Positions 19,014-28,757 of a stretch of DNA of 64,000 nt are shown one piece after another. The translations under genes and the position numbers were made by a program. The DNA lies in the NCBI GenBank assembly GCA_965215215.1, contig OZ244043.1:2610351-2674350 (forward strand). Direction: 5' to 3'. The notes under the pieces are model-generated. The model searched no databases, was not told the DNA's origin, and saw nothing but the letters and a program-made list of their open reading frames with translations. The first letter of the stretch is position 1. The number at the start of each line of letters is the position of its first letter. This stretch comes from Saprospiraceae bacterium (GTDB lineage: Bacteria > Bacteroidota > Bacteroidia > Chitinophagales > Saprospiraceae).

Positions 19014-20882
19014 CTACGCCACGGCCTCCTCGAGCACATCCTCCTCCACCTTCAGATTCTCGATAATAAATTCCTGCCGCTGAGGCGTATTTTTCCCCAT
19101 GTAGTAAGCGAGCAGGGAATCGAGGTCGAGGTCATCGCGCATCACCACGGGCCGCAGCCGGATGTCCTCCCCGATAAAGTCCTTGAACTCCCCCGGACTG
19201 ATCTCGCCCAGCCCCTTAAAGCGAGTCACCTCTGCCTTCCCGCGCAACGACTTAATCGCATCCTGCTTCTCCTGGTCCGAGTAGCAGTAGTGCGTCGTCT
19301 TTTTGTCTCGCACCCGAAACAGCGGCGTCTCCAGGATGTACAGGTGCCCCGCCCGCACGATGTCCGGGAAAAACTGCAGGAAGAAAGTGAGCAGCAGCAG
19401 CCGGATGTGCATCCCATCCACATCCGCATCAGTAGCCACGACCACGTTCGAAAACCGCAAATTGTCGAGCCCGTCCTCGATGTCGAGGGCGTGCTGCAAC
19501 AGGTTGAGCTCCTCGTTTTGGTAGACGACCTTCTTGCTCATCCCGAAGCAATTGAGTGGCTTGCCCCGCAGCGAGAACACGGCCTGCCGCTGTACGTCCC
19601 GCGCTTTGGTGATCGAACCCGAGGCCGAGTCGCCCTCCGTGATGAAGATCGTCGAGGCCAGCCGGTCCTCGTCGCTCACCTTCCTCGCGTCGTCGTTGAG
19701 GTGCAGCCGGCAGTCGCGCAGCTTCTTGTTGTGGATGTTGGCCTTCTTCGCCCGGTCGTTCGCGAGCTTTTTGATGCCGGCGATCTCCTTGCGTTCGCGC
19801 TCCGATTGTTGGATGCGCTTCTGGATCGCCTCGGCGGTCTTCGGGTTGCGGTGCAGGTAGTCGTCGAGGTGCTTCGAGAGGAAGTCGTTGACGAAGGTGC
19901 GTAGGGTAGGGCCGCCCGGACCGGTCGTCGCGCTACCGAGCTTCGTTTTGGTCTGGCTCTCGAACACCGGCTCCTCGATGCGCACGCTCAGCGCGGCGAT
20001 CACCGAGGCGCGAATGTCTTTAGCGTCGTAGTTCTTCCCGTAAAAGCTGCGGACGGTCCCGACGAGGCTCTCGCGAAAGGCGTTGAGGTGCGTCCCCCCC
20101 TGGGTGGTGTGCTGCCCGTTGACGAACGTATAGTACTGCTCGCCGTAGTGATTGCCGTGCGTGAGGGCGACCTCGATGTCGTCGCCCCGCAGGTGCACGA
20201 CGGGGTAGCGCGTCTCCTCGGCGCTCGTACGCCGCTCGAGCAGATCGAGCAGTCCGTTTTTAGAGAGGTGCAGCTTCCCGTTGAAGCGGAGCTTCAATCC
20301 CGCGTTGAGGTAAGCGTAGTTCCAGAGCTGGTTCTCGACGAACTCGGGTTCGAACTTGTACTTCTTGAAAATGGAATCGTCCGCCTCGAAACGAACGAGC
20401 GTCCCGTTCGCCTCACCGGTCTTCACCAACTTGCTCTCGCTCACCAACACCCCGCCGGCAAACTCAGCGCGCTTCATCTTCCCCTCGCGGTAGCTCTCCA
20501 CCACGAAGCGCGTCGAGAGCGCGTTGACGGCCTTGGTGCCCACGCCGTTGAGTCCGACCGATTTCTTGAAGGCCTTCGAGTCGTACTTACCGCCCGTATT
20601 GATCTTCGAGACGCAGTCCACCACCTTGCCGAGCGGGATGCCGCGGCCGAAATCACGGATCGCCACCTCGCCCCCGTCGATGTCGATGGTCACCTCGCGC
20701 CCGTGCCCCATCACGTACTCGTCGATCGCGTTGTCGAGCACCTCCTTGATCAGGATGTAGATGCCGTCGTCCGGGCTCGACCCGTCGCCGAGCTTACCGA
20801 TGTACATCCCGGGGCGCATGCGGATGTGCTCGCGCCAGTCGAGCGAGCGAATATTGTCTTCGGTGTAAGTGATTTCAGCCAT
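19014..20882 (-). CDS. parE: type IIA topoisomerase subunit B, ParE-like (topoisomerase IV B)
   Basis: From [33 protein letters not shown] ATPase motif EVLDNAIDE and Toprim ITEGDSASG are present. Length is 622 aa. The 67-aa N-extension in the track is rejected. ParE versus GyrB was judged only from the N-terminus and length. Confidence 0.8.
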   Translation of the reverse strand: MAEITYTEDNIRSLDWREHIRMRPGMYIGKLGDGSSPDDGIYILIKEVLDNAIDEYVMGHGREVTIDIDGGEVAIRDFGRGIPLGKVVDCVSKINTGGKYDSKAFKKSVGLNGVGTKAVNALSTRFVVESYREGKMKRAEFAGGVLVSESKLVKTGEANGTLVRFEADDSIFKKYKFEPEFVENQLWNYAYLNAGLKLRFNGKLHLSKNGLLDLLERRTSAEETRYPVVHLRGDDIEVALTHGNHYGEQYYTFVNGQHTTQGGTHLNAFRESLVGTVRSFYGKNYDAKDIRASVIAALSVRIEEPVFESQTKTKLGSATTGPGGPTLRTFVNDFLSKHLDDYLHRNPKTAEAIQKRIQQSERERKEIAGIKKLANDRAKKANIHNKKLRDCRLHLNDDARKVSDEDRLASTIFITEGDSASGSITKARDVQRQAVFSLRGKPLNCFGMSKKVVYQNEELNLLQHALDIEDGLDNLRFSNVVVATDADVDGMHIRLLLLTFFLQFFPDIVRAGHLYILETPLFRVRDKKTTHYCYSDQEKQDAIKSLRGKAEVTRFKGLGEISPGEFKDFIGEDIRLRPVVMRDDLDLDSLLAYYMGKNTPQRQEFIIENLKVEEDVLEEAVA

Positions 20883-21025
20883 TTCGATCCTTCGCAAACG
20901 GAGGTGAATGTAAGTACCACTTCCGTTAAAACAAAATGTTTCACGTTGAGCGCTAACCGAAAGCGGTGACCGACCATAAACTACGGTATGCTGCAAAACG
21001 GTCCGCCGGTGAGCACATACAAATT

Positions 21026-21040
21026 GTTTTAGCGAAAGCG
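21026..21040 (+). repeat. dispersed word, exact GTTTTAGCGAAAGCG
   Basis: Intergenic, between the divergent parE and sbcD-like genes. Confidence 0.9.
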
Positions 21041-21054
21041 GGAGAAACTTAGCT

Positions 21055-22212
21055 TTGGCGACGATGGTCACCTTCCTGCACACCGCCGACTGGCACCTCG
21101 GGCGCGAATACCGGCGCGTGGACGCGCGGCGGCGGCCGCTCGTGGCCGACGCGCGCTTTCAGGGGGTGGAGGCGCTGCGCGAATTGGCCGCCGAAACCGA
21201 CGCAAGATTCGTTGTCGTGGCCGGCGATCTGTTCGACTCGCGTACGCCCACGGGGGCCGTTCTGGCGAAAGCCTGCGAGGCCATCGGGCGCATCGGCGTA
21301 CCCGTGTACGCCATCCCCGGTAACCACGATCCCGGCGGGCCGGCGGGGCCGTACGCCAGTCCGCTGTTCCGGGAGTACCGCGAGCGATTCGCCCCGAACC
21401 TGCGGGTGCTCGACGCGCGCGAGCCGCTCCGGCTCGAGGAGCACCGCGTGGTCATCCTGCCCTGCCCGGTGGTGGGCGGGGAGTCCTCGGACGCCACGCG
21501 CTGGCTGCGGGACCGCGAGGTGTACGCGGCCCTGCCCGCGGATTGCGCCCGACTCGTACTCGCGCACGGGAGCACCCAAGAGTTCGTGAGCGACGCGCGG
21601 AGCTCGACGCGCCTCGACATCGACGCCCTGCCGGCCGGGGAGCTCGACTACGTGGCGCTCGGCGACTGGCACGGATACGGTGCGGTAAGCGGCCAATCCT
21701 GGGTGCGGTACTCCGGCACCCACGAGCCGGATAAGTTCCCGCTGAGCGAAGCCTACGACGCCGGTAACGTGCTGGCGGTGCGAGTGGCCCGCGCCCAAAC
21801 GCCGAGCGTCGAGAAGCACCGGGTCGGTCGTTACGAATGGCTCCTGCGCGAGGCGCGCCTGCGCGGCGCCGACGACGTGGAGCGACTCGGGCGGGAGTTG
21901 CTCGCCGCCCGCGGCTCGGGTTCCGGGCGACTGCTGCGACTGCGGCTCAGCGGCACGCTCAGCATCGCCGACACCGCCGGGCTCGATGCGCTCACCGCAA
22001 AACTCGGGGACCTCTACGACCTCGTGCACCTGGAGCGCGGCGGACTGCTCATCGAACCCGACGCGTCCGAGTTCGAGGATCTCGCACGTGCCGCCGACCC
22101 GACCGTGCGGGCCGTGGCGCAAACCCTCCGGACGCAACTCGACGACCCGGAGCAGGGGGCGGTGAGCCGCCGCGCGCTGGTCAAACTCTACGAAGCCCTC
22201 CAAACCCGCTAG
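21055..22212 (+). CDS. SbcD/YhaO-like metallophosphoesterase nuclease subunit
   Basis: Calcineurin-like phosphoesterase motifs [23 protein letters not shown] and LAHG. The likely start is the ATG at 21064 ([13 protein letters not shown]). Confidence 0.8.
   Translation: MATMVTFLHTADWHLGREYRRVDARRRPLVADARFQGVEALRELAAETDARFVVVAGDLFDSRTPTGAVLAKACEAIGRIGVPVYAIPGNHDPGGPAGPYASPLFREYRERFAPNLRVLDAREPLRLEEHRVVILPCPVVGGESSDATRWLRDREVYAALPADCARLVLAHGSTQEFVSDARSSTRLDIDALPAGELDYVALGDWHGYGAVSGQSWVRYSGTHEPDKFPLSEAYDAGNVLAVRVARAQTPSVEKHRVGRYEWLLREARLRGADDVERLGRELLAARGSGSGRLLRLRLSGTLSIADTAGLDALTAKLGDLYDLVHLERGGLLIEPDASEFEDLARAADPTVRAVAQTLRTQLDDPEQGAVSRRALVKLYEALQTR
21259..21273 (+). repeat. dispersed word, weak variant GTTCTGGCGAAAGCC
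   Basis: Inside the sbcD-like gene (VLAKA). Confidence 0.4.
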
Positions 22213-22215
22213 CCG

Positions 22216-24951
22216 ATGCGCCTCCGTAAGGTCCAGCTCAAGAATTACCGGATCCACAAGGACACCACCGTCGAGTTTCACGCGCGGACCTCGCTGGTGT
22301 GCGGGCTCAACGAATCGGGGAAAAGCACGCTCGTCGAGGCGATGCACCGCGCGCTGTTCTTGCGGGCGAAGGGGGGCACGAAAACCCACAAGGCCCTGCA
22401 AACCGACGGGGCCTCGGAGAAGCCGGAGGTGCGCCTGTGGTTCGAGCACGACGGCCAGCGTTACGAGCTCTACAAGAGATTCGCGGGCACGTCCGGCTCG
22501 ACCGCGCAACTGCGGCGCAACGGCAGCCTACTCGCCGAAGGCGAGGCGGCCGAGGAGGAGCTCGGTCGGATTACCGGCGCCGACCCCGGCAAGGGGGGAA
22601 AGGACCTCGGCGAGCGCTGGTCGCACCTGTGGGTGTGGCAGGGCGACAGCGGCGACGATCCGCTCACGTTCGTCGGGGACACGAGCGACCAGCTCATGCA
22701 GCGGCTCGAGGAGTTCGGCGCGGGGGCGGTGAGCATGTCGGCGCTCGACACGGAGCTCGCCCGCAAATTTGCCGCGCGGGCGGAGGCCAGCTACGTGAAG
22801 TCGGGCAAGAAGGCGAAAGCCGGTAGCGCGCTCGAACGAACGACGACGGAACAACGACACTGCGAGGAGTACCTCGCCGAGCTCACCGAGCGCGTGGCGA
22901 AGCTCGAGACGGCGGCGCGGACCCACCGGCGCGAAGACGAGAACGCCGTTAAGCTAGAGCGGGCGATCGCCGAATCGGCGGAGCTACTCGAGCGCAAGGT
23001 GGCCGCGCGCGACCTGGCCAGCGCAGCGCGGACGAAGCTCGAGCAACTGGCCGCCGAGGTGGATCGAGCCGCGCACCGTGCCGACGCGCTCGCCGAAGAC
23101 TTGCGCGAGGTGCTCGCCTGGAACCACCGACTCGAGGCGCTGGCGACGGTAACGAGTGCCGAGGCCTCGGGCGCGGCCCTCGAACAGGCCTGGCGCGAGG
23201 CCAGGGAGCACCACCGGGGGCGCGAGCGCGAGCGACACCTCGCCGAGGACGAGCTGCAAGAGCTAAACCGGCGCTCCGTGCACGCCAACGACGAGGTGCG
23301 GCAGTTTCAGCTACGAGCCGAGCTGGAGCGCGGTGCTACCGCCGTGGAGCGCCTGGAGGAGATCGAACGCGAAGGGATCCAGCTCAAAGACCAGCTCGCC
23401 CGCCTCCCCGCCCACGAACCCGCGCGCATCAAACTGCTCAACGACCTGGAGCGTAAGCTCGAGAAGCTACGCGACCAGTTGGAGCGAAACGCTTCGGGCC
23501 TAACCCTACAAAAAGCTACGGCCCCCCTGTCTGTAGACGGCCGGGAGGTGGCCCCCGGGACGCGCGTCACCCTGCGCGACGGAAGCGTGTTGCGCTACGG
23601 CGATACCCTATCGCTCACGCTCCAGCTGCCCGGGGCGGCCGACGCCGCGGCGGCACGTCGCTCCCTCCAGACCGCGGAGCACGACCTGCGCGATGCCCTC
23701 CTCGCCACCGTAATCGAGGGTCGGGCCGCCCGCTCGGTGGAGGAGGCGTTGGCCGCGATGGACCGGCGGCGTTTACTGGGCAAAGACTTCGCCGCGAACC
23801 AACGGCGACGCGAGGAGGCGAACCCCGTGGCGCTGCGGGAAGCCCACCGCGAGACCGTCCGAAAGCTCACCGCCATCCAGGCGAAGTACCGCGGTGAGCG
23901 CGTCGACGACTGGAACGACGCCGACGACGAGCAACGGGCCCAGGAGCGGGCGCAACGCTACGCCCGGCAGTTCGCCGAGCAAACTTCGGTCCTGGGCGAG
24001 ATCCGCCTGGACGTGGTCCGGCTAAACGCCCAGGCGGAGGCCAAACGCGAGGCCTGGGAGGAGTCGCGCGATAAGCTCCGGGTACGGGTGCAGGAGCGCG
24101 GCAAAACCCAGGCCCTGATCGACCACACGCTGCGTTCGCACGATAACTCGCTCGATCGACTCCGGGTGCGGGTCGAAGACGCCGCGAAGGTCGCTCACGA
24201 GCTGGAAGCTCGCCTCGACCGCGAACGACGCGCGTGCGAGCAGCACGACGCCGCCGGTCTGGCGCGCACCTGCGAGCGACTCCGCAAAGGCTTGGCCATC
24301 GACCGCCAGAAGCTCGCTGCGGCCAACGAACGGAAGAACCAAGCGATCGGCGTGGTGCAGGCGAGCGGTACCGAGACCGATCCCTTCGGCGAGCACCGCG
24401 CCGCCGAGGAGGCGCTGGCCGCCGCGAAGAGCGCCTGCGAGGCGGCGACGCTCGAGGCCCGCGCCGACCAGCTGCTCGCCAGGCTCTTCGCGGAGCACGC
24501 CGACGCGGCCAACCAGCGACTCACAGAGCCACTCGCCGAGCGCATCTCCGGGTACCTCAAACCGCTCTTCGGGCCCGATACCCGCGTCACGCTCAGCTAC
24601 GACGACGGCGGCTTCGGCCATTTTCACCTCGAGCGCCCCGGCTTCGCGACCTACCCCGAACCCTTCGCCCAGCTCAGCGGCGGCGCGCGCGAACAGGTGG
24701 CGGCGGCGGTCCGGCTAGCGACCGCCGGGATCTTGGCGGAAGACTTCGACGGCTGCCTCCCGGTCGTCTTCGACGACGCGTTCACGTTCACCGACCACGC
24801 GCGCGTCGGGGGAGTGCTCGATATGCTGTCCTACGCGGGCGAGGAAGGCCTGCAGGTGATCGTGAGCACCTGCCACGAAGAACTCTACACCGGGATCGGG
24901 GAGCGGCAGGCCCGACTCGCCCGGGGGGCCGGGGCGAGTCAACTCGTCTGA
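22216..24951 (+). CDS. SbcC/Rad50/YhaN-like SMC-type ATPase
   Basis: Walker A GLNESGKST, a ~650-aa Ala/Glu/Arg/Leu-rich region predicted to be coiled coil, signature QLSGGAREQ, and Walker B LPVVFDDAF. It starts 3 nt after the upstream stop. Confidence 0.8.
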   Translation: MRLRKVQLKNYRIHKDTTVEFHARTSLVCGLNESGKSTLVEAMHRALFLRAKGGTKTHKALQTDGASEKPEVRLWFEHDGQRYELYKRFAGTSGSTAQLRRNGSLLAEGEAAEEELGRITGADPGKGGKDLGERWSHLWVWQGDSGDDPLTFVGDTSDQLMQRLEEFGAGAVSMSALDTELARKFAARAEASYVKSGKKAKAGSALERTTTEQRHCEEYLAELTERVAKLETAARTHRREDENAVKLERAIAESAELLERKVAARDLASAARTKLEQLAAEVDRAAHRADALAEDLREVLAWNHRLEALATVTSAEASGAALEQAWREAREHHRGRERERHLAEDELQELNRRSVHANDEVRQFQLRAELERGATAVERLEEIEREGIQLKDQLARLPAHEPARIKLLNDLERKLEKLRDQLERNASGLTLQKATAPLSVDGREVAPGTRVTLRDGSVLRYGDTLSLTLQLPGAADAAAARRSLQTAEHDLRDALLATVIEGRAARSVEEALAAMDRRRLLGKDFAANQRRREEANPVALREAHRETVRKLTAIQAKYRGERVDDWNDADDEQRAQERAQRYARQFAEQTSVLGEIRLDVVRLNAQAEAKREAWEESRDKLRVRVQERGKTQALIDHTLRSHDNSLDRLRVRVEDAAKVAHELEARLDRERRACEQHDAAGLARTCERLRKGLAIDRQKLAAANERKNQAIGVVQASGTETDPFGEHRAAEEALAAAKSACEAATLEARADQLLARLFAEHADAANQRLTEPLAERISGYLKPLFGPDTRVTLSYDDGGFGHFHLERPGFATYPEPFAQLSGGAREQVAAAVRLATAGILAEDFDGCLPVVFDDAFTFTDHARVGGVLDMLSYAGEEGLQVIVSTCHEELYTGIGERQARLARGAGASQLV

Positions 24952-24968
24952 ACGATCACGCGGCGCGG

Positions 24969-27900
24969 CTACCGATCGTCACGCGCGGAGAGCGGGGGCG
25001 CCAACGCGGGGGGCGTCGGGCCGGTCGATTCACGTTGGAGTAGTCGCAGCTTGGTGTCGAAGGCCTCCCCCGGGGCGCTGTTGAGCTCGAGGCGCACCTT
25101 CGGTCCGGACTTGTCGTAGGCCCGCGCCGTAGGGATCACGGTAAAATTGCGCTGCCACAGGTTGCTGACCGGTACGGCTACCCAAAGGTCGGTCGCCCCG
25201 CCCAGGGTGGTGTTCCCCTGTACGAAGGCGTTGAGCGCCGTGGAGACGACGTGCGTCCGGTTGAGCTCCATGCGCGTACCGAGCAGGTGCACCGAACCGG
25301 CCAGCGGGGCGAAACGCACGTCTTCGAGTCGCTGGCGCACCTTGTACTTCGCCGCAATACTGTCGAGCGCGGCCAGGCCGCGGACCCGCAGCTGCGTCAG
25401 TTCGAAATCCAGCGTACCCCGCGTGGAGTCGGCGACCAGGCCCGCCCCGGCTTCGCCGACCATCCCCGAGCCCGCCAGTGTCATGTCCAAGATGCCCTCC
25501 AGCTCATCCGCGTCCGCCAAACTCTGCTGTCCGAAATACGCGAAGCCCTCGAGCAGCTCGGCCAAGTCGAAGGCACGGGTGCGTACGTACCCGCGGAACG
25601 GGGAGCGCCCGAGGTCGCTCAGCCCGATCTGCCCGGCTCCCTCCACCCGGCCCCCCCGAAAGCCGAAGGCCGTGCGGTCGAGGTACAGCACGTCGCTGGT
25701 GTCCATGCGCAGGCCGCTCGTCACCCCGTCGAGCCGGAGCGTGGGCGAGAGCTCGAGCTCGCCGACGGAGAGCTGTACGGCGGGTCGGAACTCGCGCATG
25801 AGCGCGCGCAAGTTTTCGCGTAAGCCGAGCTTGACGCTATCGGCCCGGACGGGCTTGCCCGTTGCCGTGGAGTCCGCGATCGAGCCGATCAGGGTATTGA
25901 GGTCGTTCCACACCAGGCGCGGTGAGCTCACGTGCACCTCGGTACTAAATTGCTTGCCCGTACCGCCCAGCACCACCTCGCTCACGCCGCGGGCTACCCC
26001 CTGCACGCGCAGCTCCTGGTCGAGTCGTTCGTTGCGCAGCGTTAGGTCCAGTTGGGCGGTGTCGCGGCCCATGTCGAGCCACAGGTCCGAGACGGGTACG
26101 ACGATGCCGAGCTTCGGGAGCTGCACGTCCGCCCCGGTCACGTCGAGCGTCATCGCCTCGCGGTCGAGTAGGGTCGCGAGGTCGGGCACCAGGCCGGCGT
26201 AGCCGAGCGAAAAATTGAACGTGCCGCTCGTGAAGCGGAAGTCTTCGGTTTTGAAGAAATCGTTGAAGAGGGTCGGACTGCCGCTGAGTCGCGCCCGGGT
26301 GCTCTTGAAGCCCGGGCTTCCGGGGCGATCCGGCTCGAACTCGATGTACGCCGCGAAGGGTTGCTCCCCGCGGCTCAGCAACGATACCCAGCCCTCCGAA
26401 TCGTTCGGCAAGAGCCCCCGTACGTCGTCGACCCAACCGACGTGGCGCACGTCGAGGTCCACGCAGTCCGGGAAGCGCTCGATGCCCCGCAGGAGATCCA
26501 CGTTGAGGTAGTCGACCTCCGGGAAGATGCGATCCAGGTTCAGTCCGTCCGCCGCGAGGCTGTAGGCGAAGGGCGTGCGCAGCGGTTCGTCGATGCGGAA
26601 GTTGCCGCTGAAGCGCACCGTCGAGGTGTCGATCCGGAAGCTCGTGGTGTCGAGTACGAGCGTGTGCGAACCCCGGAAGTGGGCGCCGGCGGTGAGCGCG
26701 TACACCTCGACGAGGTCGTAGTAGCCGAGGGTATCGATCCGCAGGCTCACGCTCGGCCGAAAGGTGGACTCGATCAGGGCGAGTGTCGTCTTGAGGGCCA
26801 CCTTCTGGTCTACCGCGCGCGCCGAGCTGTCCGTTACCGGTACGTCGGCCCCGGGGTCGGCTTGCGCCAAAACGGCTCGCGCGGGTGCGGGGTCGGTCGA
26901 CTCCCCGAGTAGCTCGAGCACGTCGGTCCAGTTGATGCGGCCGGCGCGGAGGTTCACGCGGCTGTCCACCGGGGCCCGGCTGTCGCTGCGCAGGAGGGTG
27001 GCGAAGTTGTTGAGGTCGCCGCTGAGCGTAAAAGGCTGCGATTCGTTGGGCAGCTGCCCCTCCACCGCGAAGGTGGTGTGGCGCCGCAGCTTGTCGGCGG
27101 TGATGTGTTTTAGCGGGAGCGAGCTCCCGGCGGCCACGAGGCGCACGGTGGGTTCGGTGAACACGAGGCGGGCATCGCTGCCGCGGATGAGGCCGACGAG
27201 GTTGCCGGTGGGGCCGGAGAGCCTGGTGTCGACGTGGATTCGGCCGCCGGTAAAGAGGAAGTTGTCGTTGCCGAGCACCGCGCTCACCGCGCTGGCCGGC
27301 CCGTCGATGGTCGCGGATCCCTCCACGTGGGCCCCTTCGCCGCGCGGTGAGGTGACGAGCGCCCGCGGGCTGCTCACGGCAAAACCCCGCAGCCGGGTTT
27401 GCACGGTGTCGATCTCGAAGCGCGCACCGCGCTCGCCCCGCCGGTAGGCGGCGGGATCGGGCGAGAGCCGGTTGGTGAAGCGTCCGTCGAGGTAGGTGTC
27501 GCCGAAGTCGAGGCCGCCTACCGAGGCATCGTTACCCCGCAGCCGCACGTCGACGCCGACGACGATCTTCTCCCCCGCGGCGAAGGTGCTGCTCAGGGTG
27601 GTGGTGGTGCCGAAGGCCCCGTTCACGCGGTAGCGAGCGGTGGCCTCGCGGACCTTTTCGGCGAGTAGGGGGACCGCGGTCGCGAGCCGCGTGGAGTCGA
27701 TGCGGAAGCGCAGGGTGGAGGTGGAATCGCGCTGTGGGAAGAATCGCGCGTCGAACACGACGTCGTTGTCGCCGACGGCGAGGCGCTCGGCGTGGGCGGT
27801 GATGAGCGCGTCGGCGAACTCGAGCTCGACCGCGCCGAGCAAGTCGGTGTCGTGGAGGTAGGTGCCCGCTCGCGCGTCGAAGGTGAGGCCGTCGACGTGG

Positions 27901-28577
27901 GTGTCGAAGGCGGCGCGCAGGCCGCGGAGGCGACCGTCGTCGGTGCGGGCGAGCTCGTCTACTCGGAGTAAGTCGACCCGGGCGCCGATCCGGTCGCCTT
28001 TGTCCGGGTTGGTGTAGGCCAGCTTTAGGTCGCGCGCCGTAAAGCGGGCCGCTTCGCCGAGCCGGAGGCGTGGCTCCGCCGCCGCCGGGCCGGTCGGTCG
28101 GTCCGGGCCGGTCGGTCGGTCGTCGCCGCGTCGGTGACGGCGGAGCAGGCGGCTCAGGTTGCTACCGTCGGTTTCGCTGCCGACGATTTGCAGCTCGCCG
28201 CCCTGTGCGACGAGGGAGTCGAGGGTAACCCGTCCGCTCGACCAGGCCGCCGCGTCGAGGTAGAGGTCGACGGTCCCGAGGTGGATGACCGGCTCCCCCC
28301 CGGCGGTCGCTAGGGAGTCGTAGACCCGCAGGTCGTCGAGGTGGAGGGCGAGGCGGGGGAACTCGCCGACCCGTTTTAGCGAAAGCGACGCGAAGTGGAG
28401 GGAGCCGCCGTTGAGGGCGCGCAGGCGATCGAAGCGCTTGTCGGAGTCTCGCCCGAGGTAGAGCGCGAGGATCGCCGCGGAGAGCGCGAACAACAGCAGG
28501 AAGGCCGTCAGGCCGCCGAAGCCCCAGCGTAAGGCTTTCGATTTTCGCAAGCGAATGAGGGGTGAACGCTCGGACAC
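24969..28577 (-). CDS. AsmA/TamB-like large envelope-biogenesis protein
   Basis: 1202 aa. A single N-terminal TM anchor (GGLTAFLLLFALSAAILALYL) is followed by a long beta-rich repetitive body. The assignment rests on architecture only. Confidence 0.6.
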   Translation of the reverse strand: MSERSPLIRLRKSKALRWGFGGLTAFLLLFALSAAILALYLGRDSDKRFDRLRALNGGSLHFASLSLKRVGEFPRLALHLDDLRVYDSLATAGGEPVIHLGTVDLYLDAAAWSSGRVTLDSLVAQGGELQIVGSETDGSNLSRLLRRHRRGDDRPTGPDRPTGPAAAEPRLRLGEAARFTARDLKLAYTNPDKGDRIGARVDLLRVDELARTDDGRLRGLRAAFDTHVDGLTFDARAGTYLHDTDLLGAVELEFADALITAHAERLAVGDNDVVFDARFFPQRDSTSTLRFRIDSTRLATAVPLLAEKVREATARYRVNGAFGTTTTLSSTFAAGEKIVVGVDVRLRGNDASVGGLDFGDTYLDGRFTNRLSPDPAAYRRGERGARFEIDTVQTRLRGFAVSSPRALVTSPRGEGAHVEGSATIDGPASAVSAVLGNDNFLFTGGRIHVDTRLSGPTGNLVGLIRGSDARLVFTEPTVRLVAAGSSLPLKHITADKLRRHTTFAVEGQLPNESQPFTLSGDLNNFATLLRSDSRAPVDSRVNLRAGRINWTDVLELLGESTDPAPARAVLAQADPGADVPVTDSSARAVDQKVALKTTLALIESTFRPSVSLRIDTLGYYDLVEVYALTAGAHFRGSHTLVLDTTSFRIDTSTVRFSGNFRIDEPLRTPFAYSLAADGLNLDRIFPEVDYLNVDLLRGIERFPDCVDLDVRHVGWVDDVRGLLPNDSEGWVSLLSRGEQPFAAYIEFEPDRPGSPGFKSTRARLSGSPTLFNDFFKTEDFRFTSGTFNFSLGYAGLVPDLATLLDREAMTLDVTGADVQLPKLGIVVPVSDLWLDMGRDTAQLDLTLRNERLDQELRVQGVARGVSEVVLGGTGKQFSTEVHVSSPRLVWNDLNTLIGSIADSTATGKPVRADSVKLGLRENLRALMREFRPAVQLSVGELELSPTLRLDGVTSGLRMDTSDVLYLDRTAFGFRGGRVEGAGQIGLSDLGRSPFRGYVRTRAFDLAELLEGFAYFGQQSLADADELEGILDMTLAGSGMVGEAGAGLVADSTRGTLDFELTQLRVRGLAALDSIAAKYKVRQRLEDVRFAPLAGSVHLLGTRMELNRTHVVSTALNAFVQGNTTLGGATDLWVAVPVSNLWQRNFTVIPTARAYDKSGPKVRLELNSAPGEAFDTKLRLLQRESTGPTPPALAPPLSARDDR
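25812..25826 (+). repeat. dispersed word, weak variant GTTTTCGCGTAAGCC
   Basis: Inside the AsmA-like gene. Confidence 0.4.
26860..26873 (-). repeat. dispersed word (GCTTGCGCCAAAAC)
   Basis: Inside the AsmA-like gene (VLAQA). Confidence 0.85.
27107..27121 (+). repeat. dispersed word GTTTTAGCGGGAGCG
   Basis: Inside the AsmA-like gene (SLPLKH). Confidence 0.75.
28373..28387 (+). repeat. dispersed word, exact GTTTTAGCGAAAGCG
   Basis: Inside the AsmA-like gene (SLSLKR). Confidence 0.9.
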
Positions 28578-28757
28578 GGAGAACTAAAGGTGGGCGAAAT
28601 GAACCTATCGAAAGGCAAATTATTAGGATGGAGATCGGTCATCGACGGCGACCGGTACGTAAATCGTGCCGGTCGCGTTAGCTTTCCCGCGGCCGTACTA
28701 CTAGATTACGCCTACCGGTCCGTACCCCCCCAACCAACATCAGTCAAGTTTCGCCCC

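Noticed and set aside
28087-28125. The tandem ccggtcggtcggtc repeat in the AsmA-like gene (encoding DRPTGPDRPTGP).
   Set aside because: It is a small in-frame linker repeat in a low-complexity region with no further implication visible.
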